Assembly (NCBI GenBank): GCA_002245135.1
Contig: NGBS01000014.1
Span: 62,001 to 126,000, forward strand
From: Proteromonas lacertae
Taxonomy: Eukaryota
Reading direction: 5' to 3'
Length of the DNA stretch: 64,000 bases
Under the pieces are notes generated by a model. It was given only the letters and a program-made list of their open reading frames with translations. It searched no databases and had not been told where the DNA came from. Made by a program: the position numbers and the translations under genes. Below, piece by piece: positions 12,080-26,600 of the stretch. How positions within the stretch are numbered: position 1 is the first letter of the stretch; each line of letters opens with the position of its first letter.

Positions 12080-13765
12080 TTAACCATATTCATTTACATT
12101 TATTACTTCATAATCTTCATTATTATATTTAAGATAATATACAGCTACTGATGCTATTAACAACAATACTGCAATTACATAGATATATATGAAAGATATA
12201 TTCATTTTGCTTTTTGTTTGTGTTGTAAATTCATACTTTTCATTTTCAGCTACTTTCACAAATACATCATAGTTTATATAGTTTGTAGAATGATGATAAT
12301 ATGGCATTGATGAATCATATATTAATGATTCATTCATATTATAATTCAAATTCTTCATTTGTAAATAAATGTAAAACAAATCTCCTTCAATCAAATTGCT
12401 TTTGTCTTTAACAAGTCCATCAGGATCTGTTATAAAACTATTGATGATTTTAACATTACTAAACTTATCATTATAACCAAAAAAATCAACACTTCTCACA
12501 TTTACATCTTCTTCTTTCTTTACAGATATATAACTATTATTAACATATATATCTCCTTTATTAACATTTACAAACAAATATGCTAATTTTACTTTCTTAC
12601 AATAATGTATTCCATTCAGACTAACATAACAGAATCTATCTTTCATCACATTAAAAGACTCATTAAAATGATATTTAATTTGAATATAATTGGCTATTAT
12701 ATTTCCTAAATTTGTAGTTGATATTCCACTGATATAGAAACTTCTTTTCATACTTTTCTCTTTTGCTTCAATAAAGTCCATTATTATTTCATCTACATGA
12801 ATATCAAATAAATAATGATTTAATTTCAAGGTTTTAAAATTGGATATTTCATTTATTACTCCACATAAATCCATACTATTTGAAGACTTCTTTTTATCTT
12901 CATATGATAATTTCTTTCTAATAACAACCATTATATGATTCATTTCTATATTAGTTGTACTTTTATCTATAAAGAAACTGAGTAAAAAACCACTAAAAGA
13001 AAAAAACTTCACATTTTCTATATCTACAACCACATAATCAAAGTTTATATTTGTAGTTGAGTAAATCAATAATCCAATATTTATTAATCTGGCAATTGGC
13101 TCTAATATTATTGTTTTGCCTTTCACAAATACTCCTTTATAATAAGTAGAATTTCTATTTGATAATTCACAACTAATCAAACACCAACTCATTTCAGCAT
13201 TATAATGAATATCTATTTCATTAAATACAACTCCAATATCATTTACTTCACTGTTAATTATTCTATTACTGATTAAACCTTTTAAACCATTACTTCCACT
13301 TAAAACAACTTTTCTATTCATAATTAAATTGAGCTTTCTTATTTTACAGTTCTCTATCATATCTATCAATCCATTTTCTATTTCATTTTCATTTTCACTA
13401 TCAATATTGAAAATTTCTATTGTGATATTATATATTTCACAGTTTGTTAAATTATTCAACAATCTCACTGATTTAGTTTTACCAACATACAAATTCATTT
13501 TTGAATCATATCCATTGCCTTTTATTCTTTTCTTATCTATATCTATTGATTTCCAAATTTCTAAGTCGATTTTTAGATTCTCTTCTAATATTACCACTTC
13601 ATTACCATCAAGTAATTTCAGTAATTTATTATTATCATTTACATTCTCAGATTTCGAGATTGATCTTAGATTAGCTACTTTTTCACAATTCACTGAACAA
13701 AGACACAATACCTGTAAAATCAATATATAATATATCAAATTATTCCTTTCAGAAATAAAATTCAT
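12080..13765 (-). CDS. Type I membrane/surface protein, intronless
   Basis: Signal-like N-terminus (LIYYILILQVLCLCSVNC), beta-rich I/N ectodomain, C-terminal TM helix (FIYIYVIAVLLLIASVAVYYL) and short tail with YEVI. Confidence 0.65.
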   Translation of the reverse strand: MNFISERNNLIYYILILQVLCLCSVNCEKVANLRSISKSENVNDNNKLLKLLDGNEVVILEENLKIDLEIWKSIDIDKKRIKGNGYDSKMNLYVGKTKSVRLLNNLTNCEIYNITIEIFNIDSENENEIENGLIDMIENCKIRKLNLIMNRKVVLSGSNGLKGLISNRIINSEVNDIGVVFNEIDIHYNAEMSWCLISCELSNRNSTYYKGVFVKGKTIILEPIARLINIGLLIYSTTNINFDYVVVDIENVKFFSFSGFLLSFFIDKSTTNIEMNHIMVVIRKKLSYEDKKKSSNSMDLCGVINEISNFKTLKLNHYLFDIHVDEIIMDFIEAKEKSMKRSFYISGISTTNLGNIIANYIQIKYHFNESFNVMKDRFCYVSLNGIHYCKKVKLAYLFVNVNKGDIYVNNSYISVKKEEDVNVRSVDFFGYNDKFSNVKIINSFITDPDGLVKDKSNLIEGDLFYIYLQMKNLNYNMNESLIYDSSMPYYHHSTNYINYDVFVKVAENEKYEFTTQTKSKMNISFIYIYVIAVLLLIASVAVYYLKYNNEDYEVINVNEYG

Positions 13766-13857
13766 GTTTACTATTCTATTTGATGAAATATTAATGATTT
13801 TATGTTTTGATCGACTGTACAATTATGCACTCGATTGAACTGGATTGTTTTAGATTA

Positions 13858-16072
13858 ATGAATTTTGAGAATGAGATGTTCTATTCTATCTTACCTTCTA
13901 ATGTCATAGTATATAAATTTATTTACAGTGAATAGGTTAAAGAAAAGGTAGAAAGGAGTGAAAGTGAAGTAGATTTTGTTGTTCAACATCAAAGTGATAT
14001 TAAAAACCTTAAAATTATTAGTCTTGTAGGAATAAAAGAAAAGACAATATTAGAATTCCATGAGACCAGCTCATTGTTGTTAGATTGTTGTATTGCTTAT
14101 GTCTGTTTTTCTAAAGTATGTCAAATGAATAAACATAATCCTTATATGATGATAGAAAGAAAGTACTATGATAGAGATTTAGAAGAGGTAGTTTACACAA
14201 AATCCATGTCAAATAGTGATATTATTAGTGTAATATGTTCAATGTGTAATATATTGTTGGTATTGAATGAATATGGTTTAATGGTTTGTAATTTGAAGAG
14301 TAGTAATATAATATATGAAGAAGATGGTGATGAAATAAAGTTATGTGATTTATGTTTGAATGAATTGAGAAAAGAAGAAGATATGAGATTGTATGATATA
14401 TGCTTCAAAAGTCCAGAAGAGTTGAATGGATTAGAATATGATGAGAGAAGTGCGATTTGGTCAATTGGTTGTATATTATATGAAATGATTTGTAAGAAAT
14501 TACCATTTAATGAAGATGATAATGTGAATAAAACCAAAGAGAATATAATGAGATGTAAATACAGTTATGATGTAGAATGTGATGAATTGATGAAAGAGAT
14601 GATGGAAAGAATGTTGAAAGTGAAAAGTGAATATAGAATGAGTTTAAAAGATTTGAAAAAAGAAATGATAAAAATGAGTGAAACAATGAGAGATAAAGAA
14701 GATAATTTAAAGATATGTGAAGAAAGAAAAGAAACACTATATAATGATGATTATTTAACTGTTATACTTCCAATAGTTTATCCAATGAAATATTATATTA
14801 AGAGTGATAAATGGGAAAACATTCGAGATGGATTAATAGAATCCTACAATAATAAACCAAATGAAAGAATATTATCAATATTGTTGATGATGAAATTGAA
14901 CAAAGATTATTATTCAATCAGAGACAAGATGAAATTTCAAATCCATCACCAATGTAAAGAAAATGAAGAATGTTATTTAGATGAAAAGATATTTAATATT
15001 TTATATGATGAAAATAGTGAAAAATATTTAGTTTACGGACATTGTATCTGTTTTTGTGTAGAAGGTTTGAATTATTTATTTAGAATATTGAAACTAATTA
15101 ATCCAACCATACTTCATTTTTGTATAATTCTAATCATTTCTGTTTATTTAGGTTTTATTCTTATTCCATATCAATATCAATCATTATTTGGATCTTTATT
15201 CTCTCAATTATCTAATTTACATGAATTATACTTGTTTCATTTCGATGTTACTTCAGATATCATTGAATCATTTATTAAATCAATTCCATTCATGAAATTG
15301 AAATACTTAGATTTAACATGTATATATTATTCTATGTTACTTTTATGAAATAGCTAATCCAATTGGTACAAAAGGCTTCAAATTATTATTTCCATATTTA
15401 CATTTATTAATTAACAAAAGAAATGAATTGAATCTCAGAAAGATAAATTTAGATGATGAATCAATGATATTATTATCAGAAGAATTATATAAATATCCAA
15501 ATATTAAGAGAATAGATATTGTAGAAAATAGGAATATTCATTCAAAAGGATTAAAAGCCTTATTCTCCAAATTCCCTATATCAAAAATCCGATTTAATAT
15601 TAACAGAAGCAACAAAGAATTACTGATTGATGAAAATATTCCAGAATTGATTGAATACATAAAAGAAGGTTATTATAATGATAAATTGAATTTGAGTAAC
15701 TTAGAAATTGATGATGATATTATCAAATCATTCATTTCGTTAAGATCAAATGAATTGAGAAAAGTTAGAAAGTTAGATTTGAGTGGTATAGTTTGATATT
15801 TTTATATTATTTAGATAATAAACTAACATATAAAAGTGTTGAAATACTGATTAACAATTTATCTTCTTTTCCATATCTCAAAGAACTTCAAATATATGGA
15901 AATGAAATAGTAGATGAAGGAATGGAAATATTATCTCCATATTTAAATCATTAATACCATTTCTATTATAGAAATGAAAAGATTGCGATTGATATAAGTG
16001 ATAATAGAATTGAATGGAATATCAGAAGAAGAAAAGAGAGAATTATCAGAAGAGTTTTGGAATATAGAATAG
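13858..16072 (+). pseudogene. Pseudokinase-LRR copy 2, truncated by internal deletions
   Basis: Near-identical to copy 1 over long blocks. Stops at TAA 15952-15954, followed by short fragments including the family C-terminus GISEEEKRELSEEFWNIE*. May still encode a shorter protein. Confidence 0.7.
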
Positions 16073-16113
16073 ATTAAAATAATAAATTATTATTGTTTTT
16101 CATTTTGTTAAAT

Positions 16114-16315
16114 TTTACCCCGAAGGGTAGGCGTTACTTAGAAGTAGTGCAATACTAAGAACACCTTCGTAATGGTGTATAGTAAACTATACAGTTCCAT
16201 TACCCCATTCAAATATTAATGTGAAATTAATACTACCACATGGGTAGCATATCAGTTTTCACACTGATAAGAACAGATACTACACTTGATCTTAGCCAAA
16301 AGGCCGAGAAAATAT
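16114..16315 (-). ncRNA. U2: U2 spliceosomal snRNA
   Basis: Reverse complement reads ATATTTTCTCGGCCTTTTGGCTAAGATCAAGTGTAGTATCTGTTCTTATCAG, the canonical U2 5' domain with GUAGUA. Stem-loop IV has the loop TATTGCACTA. The 3' end is approximate. Confidence 0.97.
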
Positions 16316-16603
16316 GAAAATTTAATTCTTCTTTTTTCTTTTATATGATTCTTTTATATGAATTATTTTATGGCTTATTTTATTTTTATTTTATTTTTCA
16401 TTTCAAACACTCCATTTTCACTCTTTTATATTCTCATTTTGTTTATTACACCCATTACACACAATTTTAACAACAAAATTATCAAGTCAAACATATTAAG
16501 TATCACAATGCTGATCATTTTCGATAAAACACTACTAACAACAAAATTCAAATAAAAAATGCAAGAATTTTTAAAGTAAAATATTTAATAAACCCTAATT
16601 AAT

Positions 16604-17566
16604 TTACACAACTGGATAGAAAACAGTACGGCAAAGTCCACACCATCCAGGTCCACCTACATCTTTAGCAACTCTTATATATCCATCTTCTCCCCATTGA
16701 TTTCCAAACGGTGCTTGTTATTTCCAATATGGCACATCATTCTCTGTACCATATCCAACTAACAGCATTTCAACATCAGGGTCACCTTTACATTTATCAG
16801 CAATAATTCCACTCTTATAATTCTTAATAGTCTCAAAATTAATGCTGATTATAATTGGTTGTTGAACAATTATTCTTAATACAGCTTCTTCTACAAATTC
16901 CGCATTATGAATATACGCATATATTCTTTGCAACTCTTTACACTTTGTATTACATACACCTTCTGTAGCATTGTAAGGATATTCCTCTGATGAACACAAT
17001 CCATTTTTATGTGTGAAATATTCATAAGTGTGGAATATACTTCCACTTTTACAACCTGTATTACCATAAGATTGAGAACAATCAATTACTTGTTGAACTG
17101 AAAACAGAGTCATATTGTCGTATAAAATTGCATAAACACTCTCCACACTTTTGACAGCAGCGATAGCATATGCTGCCCTACATTCACCTTGATCTATTGG
17201 AGGTGATACTCTGCCTTTTTCATTCCAATCTATACTTTCTGGATAAATGAAGTTTTTTCGGAGATTTGGTTTTACTGATTTTATGGGTAGTATTTCGGAA
17301 TAGTTAGTGTTTGAACGAGGTAATTCGATTGAAGGAATATCTGAAAAAAATGTAAGACCTGCTTTCCATGTTGAATTAGATTTATTAATTAAATTAATTT
17401 TTCTAACTGAATCTCTAAAAACCATATAATGTTCTCTTATTTCTTGTTGTGATGTGTAATGTTTGTTATACTGATTTATATATCTAGAGTACTCTGAAAA
17501 TAAAGGATCTATCAAAGGTGTAGACACCACACAAACAACAAATAAACAAGAAAAAATAAGGAACAT
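16604..17566 (-). pseudogene. Papain-family (C1A) homologue, catalytically inactive, with in-frame TAA at 16720-16718
   Basis: Signal peptide, I29-like prodomain, SIDWNEKG, FSVQQVIDCS, LLVGYG. Homology continues past the stop (YWK*QAPFGNQWGEDGYIRV...GWCGL...YPVV*). Catalytic Cys, His and Asn are replaced. Confidence 0.75.
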
Positions 17567-17642
17567 AAATAATGGTTTGAGAGCTAGTTTGAGTGATTTA
17601 GGAAGGCTTGACTTGAGTAATAATTCAAAGATTTTATAATCA

Positions 17643-20600
17643 ATGTTTGTTCCTCAAGAACTGCAGAAGCTGCAGGATTACTTTATTCGTATATATTCTT
17701 ATGTTATAATCTTGTCATAGTGCATTGCAAAGAGGCTGTAGAAGAAGAAGATGACGGAATTCTTCAAGATGCTGTTTGTAGTATTAGTGAAGAAAAATTG
17801 TTGGATTTTTGTAATAGTGGGTCTGTGATTTTATACTTCTATCCCGTTGAAGAACACAAGTATGTATTTGATACAATCCCACCAAAAATGTTGAGTAATG
17901 GTGTTATCTTCTACAAGAGAAAGGTTGTTAGTATTGATTTCTCCAGATCTATTGCTAAACAAGTCCAAGCTATTGATTTAGGTTCAGACGATGATAATGA
18001 AGATTCTGCCAGTTTGATTAACTATTCTGCAATAAAAATAATCGGTCAGCAACTGGAAACAGGGAAACCAGTTTCAGATGAGTTGATATACAAGTTTAAT
18101 GGTGATTTATCAGAAATCTTCTCAATTCCTGACTCTATTGAAGAGAAATTCAACCAAGTGGAGAATAACACAAGTGCAGATGCATCTACAGTTAATGAAG
18201 TCAGAAATCAATTACAATCATTAGTCACAAACAGTTGGGCTAAGACTATATACAGCATATCTCAACATTCGAATGTTGAATTGGTAGATAAATCCATCAG
18301 TGAAAGCATTACCCATTGGTCATCTTATTTACACACGTTACACCAATTAAGTGATGAAGTAAAGAAAGAAGAAGTTCAACGAGTGGTAAAATATTTGCAG
18401 AATAATTCAAGAGTTGTAGCATCTTCTGGATTTTATCAATCAGCCAATGTACTAAATGAAGCGATAAAAAAGATAAGTGAAATTTTGAAGATGTATGAAA
18501 ATGTGAATATTAAAGAGTTAGATAAATGTAATTCAATCAGTGAGTTATATCGATTAGCTGAATCTTTAACAAAAGGAATGAAAGAGATGTATAAATATCA
18601 TATTGGTTATGATTTAATGAAATTAATACAAGAAATATATTCTAATCGAAAATTTGAAACAACTGAAATCAATGTATTAAACAGTGAAATAAAGAGCATT
18701 AGTACTATCAAAGATTTAGTTGGATTAAAGCCAAATAATAAAGGAAAAAGACCAGTTTATATTGAATTGGATAATCTACATAATCGATTCAGTAATGTTG
18801 TAGATATAAGAAAGAAATATGAGCAAATAATAGAAATTAATTTGGATATAGATATTACTAAAATAAAGAACAAATATAGTGAAATATTTAACGGACAAAT
18901 AAGACTATTGGATATTAAATCTGATCCAACCATCTTTCAGAGTTTATATGATTCATATTTATACGAATTAAGTTCAATTGGAGATGTTATAGATAAAGAA
19001 ATCGAATCAATTATTATAGAAAAAAATGGATCAGTTGATTATTATGTTAAAGTATTGAATAAATATAACATATTCAATTTCAAACAATTACCATCATTAG
19101 AAAGATTAAAGAATGAAATATTATCGAAATTAAAAGACGAAGTTATGAATTTCTCAAAGTATTTATCAACTCAACAAAACAGTAATAGAGATTTCTTCTA
19201 TATAAGATGCTATGATGAAATAGGAAGTAAACTAGTTCAATATACATTCTATAATAATAAAATTGAATATTATAACAAGTTACTTCAAGAATTGAACACT
19301 TTATCAAGTCAGAAAGTATATATTGAAATTTCACAGATGATTAAAGAGATTGAAAAAAACCATAAACCATCTATTGATGATTTATTAAAGAATTATGAAA
19401 CTAAAAATATGAGTTCATCATTTGAACAATATAGTATAGTGAAAACTAAATATAACAACTACTTGACATTATTCCCTACAGGATTATATGATATACAGTT
19501 CTATAATAATTACTTATATATAAAAAACACGAATATTAAGAAAACAACCATGACTTATATCGATAATACTTTCCTCTTAAAAACTAATGAATATTTAAAA
19601 GGATATTTAGAAGTGTATCAACAAATTGTTAGACAGTATCCACAGGATGTATTATCATTGGCTGGATCAGCATTAAAAGATGTTCAGTTATCAATCAAAG
19701 CATTATGTATATCAAGCAAAACAAACACCAACACTAAACGTTTTGAATATACAACTCGATTTATTCAGAATGTTGAGATATTAATTGATAAGTTAAAGAT
19801 GGTTCCTGAAGTGTCATCTAAGATTGATAATAAGGTAAATGAACTACAGAGTTGTAGTTATGATACTGCTTCTTTTAATGATATACTGGATGATATAGAA
19901 AACTTATTAACTCAGTTAAAAACAGCTAATTTAGGAGTAGATAAATATGTTGATAATGTGAATATAAAAGTGAATGATATACTCTCCACCAGATTGAATA
20001 AAGCTATTGAAATATGGAATATAGAATTTGAATATTTATGTAGGAATAATAAGTTAAGAAATGTCAATAATAACAGTAGTATTAATGAAAATGATGATGA
20101 AAATGAATATATGAAATTACCTGAATATATTACTGTAAGAAAAATCTTATCACAAACAACCACTTATTTAGTTAAAAAGAATCAAAAACAGTTTGTACTG
20201 GAACCATCTTTCCCTCAAATAAGAGAACAATGGTATGATAAATTCACTTCATTTATTCAAATAATCACTGGATTAAAGTTAAGATACTTGTTAGATCCAT
20301 TTAGAAGAGATCGAAATGATGAAATTGTGTATAAAATAGAAGAAAAAGCATTAAATGATTCTTATACATTATTAAATGAACATTTAGAAGCTTTACATGA
20401 TTATGTTAAACAATGGTTACAGTATCATGTCTTATGGGAAATTAGTGTGAATAAAATCAAACAAAGAATTGAAGATGATATTACAAAATGGGAACAAATT
20501 ATTAATAATATTATACAAGTCAAAAATGATTTAAAAGGCAAAACTGATACTGTAGTCAAGATTGGACCTTCAGTTATACAGTCGCAATCTGCTATTGATG

Positions 20601-23600
20601 CTGTCTCTAATAGATATGATACAATATTAGACAGTATTCGTGAACATTATGCCAAAATATTAGGAGATGAAACGGATGAATTTTATAAAATCATTACCCA
20701 AAGTAAAGATTTCCTTGAAAGAACTCAATTTAATGGAAATGCAAATGATATTCCACTAATAGTGGAAATTACTAAAATTAAGAAGAATAAAGAATTATGG
20801 GAGTCTAAAATGACAACTATTAATAACGTTGATAATGAAGTGAAAAAGAAGTTAGTTAATCAAATTCAATTATCACAATTAAATGGAACTTGGAATGCAA
20901 TGTGTCAATTATACGAAAGACGAGCTAAAGTCTATGATCAAACATTCCAGAAAATCAAACAAAGTGTGAAAGAAGAAGATTCTCAAATAGAAAAGAATAT
21001 ATATAAATCAATTGATAATTGGAATGAAGAAAAACCAAATGAAAATGATCAACCCAATGAAGCTTTAAAGAAATTAGAAAAATATAAACAAATATTTACT
21101 GAATTATATGAAAATTATCAATCAGTTAAAGAAGCTAAAATTGCCTTAGATTTACCAGTAAAAGATGATAATCCAATTGAACCATTATTAGAAGATATAA
21201 AACTATTAGAAGAGATATGGTCAAATATAAATATAGTATGGAAGAAATTAGAATTAATAAAAGCAGAATTATGGAGACAATGTGATATAAATACTGTGAA
21301 ACATAACATAGAGAGTATTAACAACGAATTAAGTGAATTACCACCAGCTGCACAACAAGATCCATCTTGTAGTAAGATTGTTGAGAACATCACTCGTTTT
21401 AATGAGATGTATCCTATATTGAGAGATATATCACAAGCACAATTGAAGGAAAGACATTGGAATAAGATATTTGATATATTACACTTTGATTTTCCATATA
21501 ATGAATTAACTATTGGTAAATTATGGAATTCTAATATAAAGAAGTGTAGTAATGTAGTAAGAGAAGTGTTAGAAGAAGCTCAAGGTGAAGCTGCATTAGA
21601 AATAGCCTTAATAGGAATCAATACAGCTTGGGATCAATTCATTATAAAAACTACACGATTCCATGATCATAAGTTAATCAAAGAATGGGAAGAATTGTTT
21701 ATATTATTAGACGATCATATAGGAACATTACAAGCAATGAAACAATCTCCATTCTATGATATAGTAAAGATAGTAGCAGATGAATTGAGTAAGAAATTAA
21801 ATGATGCTCGAGTACTGTTTGAATTATGGATGGAAGTACAAAGACAGTTTGTATATTTCTATGGTGTATTTCAACCAAATAGTGGTATTCAACGACAATT
21901 AGCGAAAGCAGCAAACAATTTCAATACAGTATCTCAATCCTATGGTAAATTGATGCAGAATGTAAATGATAGTATGAAAATTACCAATATTCCAAATATA
22001 CAGAAATTACAGAGTAATTTAGAGAGTCTAAAGAGTAAATTGAATGATTTAAGACAATCTTTAAATCAATACTTAGAAACTCAAAGAACAGCATTTTCAA
22101 GATTCTATTTTATTGGTGATGATGATTTATTAGAGATAATTGGTAATGCTACTGATCCATTGAAATTACAAAGACATTTAGGTAAATTATTTGCAGGAAT
22201 TAGTAGTTTAGAAATAGTAGAAAATGATAAAATAACACATTTACACTCTCGAGAAGGTGAAGATGTAGATTTAATGGAAGAAATAAAGATATCTGAATAT
22301 CAAAATGTCAATGCTTGGTTAAGTCAACTAGAATCAAATATGCAAAAATCGTTAGCAGCATTATTAGATGAATCTTTAAAAGAAATCACTCAATTAGATG
22401 AACAACAATTCACTCATTTTATACAGAAATATCCATCACAAATCTTATTATTATCAACTCAAGTATATTGGTGTCATACAGTGGAAAATTCATTCCAAAC
22501 AAAGAAGATTGAATCATTAAATGAACCATTTGAACACTCTGTGAAATTATTACAGTTATTAGCTGATGGCGTATTGACTGATTTGTCATTTAAAGATAGA
22601 AAGAAATATGAACAATTAATAACTGAATATGTATATGAAAGAGATGTAACAAAGAATTTCATTGATAAAAAGATAGTTGATAATGAGAATGTAGAATGGG
22701 AGAATAAGTTGAAATATTATTATAACCCTAAAGAAAGTGAATTATTGAAGAAATTGAATATCAAAATAGCAACAGCTAGTTTTTATTATGGATTTGAATA
22801 TTTAGGTGTTCCAGAAAGATTGGTTCAAACACCATTAACAGATAATTGTTATTTAACATTAACTCAAGCTTTACATTTGAGATTAGGTGGAAATCCATTT
22901 GGTCCAGCTGGTACAGGTAAAACTGAAACAGTAAAAGCATTAGGTTCACAATTAGGTAGATTTGTATTGGTATTTAACTGTGGTGAAAACTTCGATTTCT
23001 TAGCAATGGGAAGAATCTTCAGAGGTTTATGTCAAGTTGGAGCTTGGGGATGTTTTGATGAGTTTAACCGTTTAGAAGAAAGAATATTATCCGCTGTATC
23101 TCAACAAATACAAACTATACAAATTGGTTTGCTGGAAAACTTACATCAAATTCAAATGTTAGATAATAGTGTAGTCTTAAATCCAAATGTTGGTATTTTC
23201 GTCACAATGAATCCAACATATGCTGGTCGTTCAGAATTACCTGATAATTTGAAACAATTATTCCGTTCATTTGCTATGATTACCCCTGATTGGGATTTAA
23301 TATCTCAAGTAATGTTATTCTCCCAAGGATTTCAAACATCTAAACAACTCGCTAGTAAGATTGTATTGTTATTCTCACTATGTGAAAATCAATTATCTTC
23401 TCAACCACATTATGATTTTGGATTAAGAGCTTTAAAGAGTGTATTAGTGAGTGCTGGTAGTGTAAAAAGAAAGAAAATGGCAAATGTTGAAGATTCAATG
23501 ATTGATAATTTCGAATTGAAAGTATTATTAGAATCAATCTCACAAACAGTTGTACCAAAACTTGTAGCAGATGATGTACCATTATTAAGCAACTTAATCA

Positions 23601-26600
23601 GTTATGTATTTCCAGGTGAATCGTTATTTGAAATAGAAAATGCAGAAATTGAAGAAGAAATCCCAAATATCATAGATAAATATCAATTAACATTAGAAGA
23701 TAGTTGGGTTAAGAAGATATTACAATTATATCAAGTATTAGAAATAAGACACGGTGTAATGTTAGTTGGACCAAGTGGAACAGGTAAATCATATGCATGG
23801 AAGGTTCTATTAGAAGCTTTAGAAAGAATACAAAATATAAAAGGAGAATATTACATAATAGATCCAAAAGGAATGGAAAAAGATGAATTATATGGAAAAT
23901 TAGATAATACAACAATGGAATGGAGTGATGGAATATTTACCCATATATTAAGACAAATAGTAGAAAGTAGAAGAGGTGAAGATAAGAAAAGACACTGGAT
24001 AATATTTGATGGAGATGTTGATCCAGAATGGGCTGAGAATTTGAACTCTGTTTTAGATGATAATAAAGTATTGACTTTACCTAATGGAGAGAGATTACCA
24101 TTGAATAATAATGTGAGAATTATATTTGAAGTAGAGAATTTGAAGTATGCTACTTTAGCTACTGTTAGTCGATGTGGTATGATTTGGTTTAGTGATAAAA
24201 TATTATCTACAGGTTCTTATTTACAGAATTTCATTAAGAAATTAACAAATGAGAAGTTGATAAATGTGACTAAAATCTCAAGAGATGCAGAAGAATCTAT
24301 TAAAATAAAATGCACTAGTTATATAAGTGAATATTTTGATGAAGATGCATTAGTTGGTGAAGCAATAAAATGGGTAATTGATAAAGAACATATAATGGAA
24401 GTAACTGAACTAAGATTACTGAACAGTTTATTACCGTTATTACAAAGAGGTATTGTCAATATAATTGAATACAATGAAGAAAATTCATATAAACCATTAT
24501 CAGATGAACAAATTAGTAATTATTATACCAAATGGTTGTTATTCTCATTAATATGGAGTTTTGGTGGTTCTTTATCAATGTCTAAACGAACAGAATTCAG
24601 TAATTTCTTATCCAGTAAAAGTGTCAATTATATATCATTACCTGATGATATTAATAGCAGTAATTTCATTGATTATCAAGTCAAATTACCTAATGGTGAT
24701 TGGTATTATTGGAAAGATGATATTCCACGAATTGATATTGAAGCAGATCAAGTGATTAATACTGAAGTAGTTATTCCAACAGTTGATACAGCTCGTCATC
24801 AAGAAATCATTCGAGATTGGCTTGCTTGTCACAAACCTGTTTTATTATGTGGTCCTCCTGGTTCAGGTAAATCAATGACAATAACATCCTGTTTAAAGAG
24901 TTTAGATGATGTAGAAATCGTATCATTAAACTTCTCATCAGCTACAACACCTGATTTAATATTAAAGACATTCAATCAATATTGTAATTATCAAAAAACA
25001 CCAAATGGTGCAATATTAAAGCCAAAACAAGATAATATATGGTTATGTATATTCTGTGATGAAATAAACTTACCTGAACAAGATCAATATGGAACACAAT
25101 GTGTTATATCATTTATTAGACAATTGGTTGAACAAAATGGATTTTGGAAACCAAAAGAATCAATTTGGGTTACGTTGGAAAGAATACAATTCATTGGTGC
25201 ATGCAATCCACCAACAGATCCTGGAAGAGTTCCGTTGACAAAGAGATTTTTAACACATACTGCCATCTTATTCGTAGATTTCCCAGATACTAAATCATTA
25301 AAACAAATATACAGTACTTTCAATAGAGCATTATTATCACTTCAATTACCATTGAAATCATTAGCAGATAACTTAACAAACGCAATGGTTCAGTTTTATA
25401 TTGATAATCAAGAGCACTTTACACCTGATATGAGAGCACATTATATATATTCACCAAGAGAGTTATCACGATGGACTAGAGCTTTATATGAGGTATTATC
25501 AATTAGAGATAATATGAGTATTGAAGATTTAGTGAGATTATTTATACATGAAGCATTGAGATTGTTCTATGATCGATTAGTTACTGAAGAAGAGAGAGAA
25601 TGGTGTGATAAACATATAGATGAAATTGCATTAAGATTCTTCCCTAATACTATAGATCACTCATGTTTAGAACGTCCAATATATTACACAAATTGGTTAT
25701 CTAAAGTATATGAAAGTGTAGATAAGAATAGATTGAAACAACATATAGAAACTAGATTAAAGACTTTCTATGAAGAAGAATTAGATGTTCCATTAGTTGT
25801 ATTTGATGATATGTTAGATCATGTATTAAGAATTGATAGAGTATTACGTCAACCATTAGGACACTTGTTGTTAGTAGGAGAATCAGGAGTAGGTAAGACT
25901 GTGCTATCAAGATTTGTAGCTTGGATGAATGGATTATCAATATTCCAAATTAAGATCTCACATAAATATACAATTGATTCATTTGATGAAGATTTAAGAA
26001 ATGTATTAAGAAGATCAGGTTTAGAAGATGAGAAGATATGTTTTATATTTGATGAATCGAATGTATTATCTTCTGCCTTTTTAGAAAGAATGAATGCACT
26101 ATTAGCAAGTGGAGATGTTCCTGGTTTATTCAATGAAGAAGATACAATGAAAATCATTAAAGCCATTAGTAAAGACAATAAAAATGAAGAAAATCCTTAT
26201 CAATTATTCTTATCAAGAGTTCAACATAATCTACATATTGTATTTACAATGAATCCTTCAAGTGGTGATTATAATAATAGAACTGCTACTTCCCCTGCAT
26301 TGTTTAATCGATGTGTAATAGATTGGTTTGGAACATGGCCAAGAGATGCATTAGCACAAGTTGGATCACAATTATTACGATTAGATTTCAATGAAGATAG
26401 TTATGATTCTAGTAATGTAGATTTGAACAGTAGTGAATTAATAACATCTATAAGTAGACAGAAAGGTGTATTTACAAAGCATGATGCTATTATTAATAGC
26501 ATGGTTTTAATCCATGAAAATGTTAGATATTTATGTCAATTATTAGCACAGAAACACTTGGTTCATAACTTCATCTGTCCTAGAGATTATTTAGATTTTA

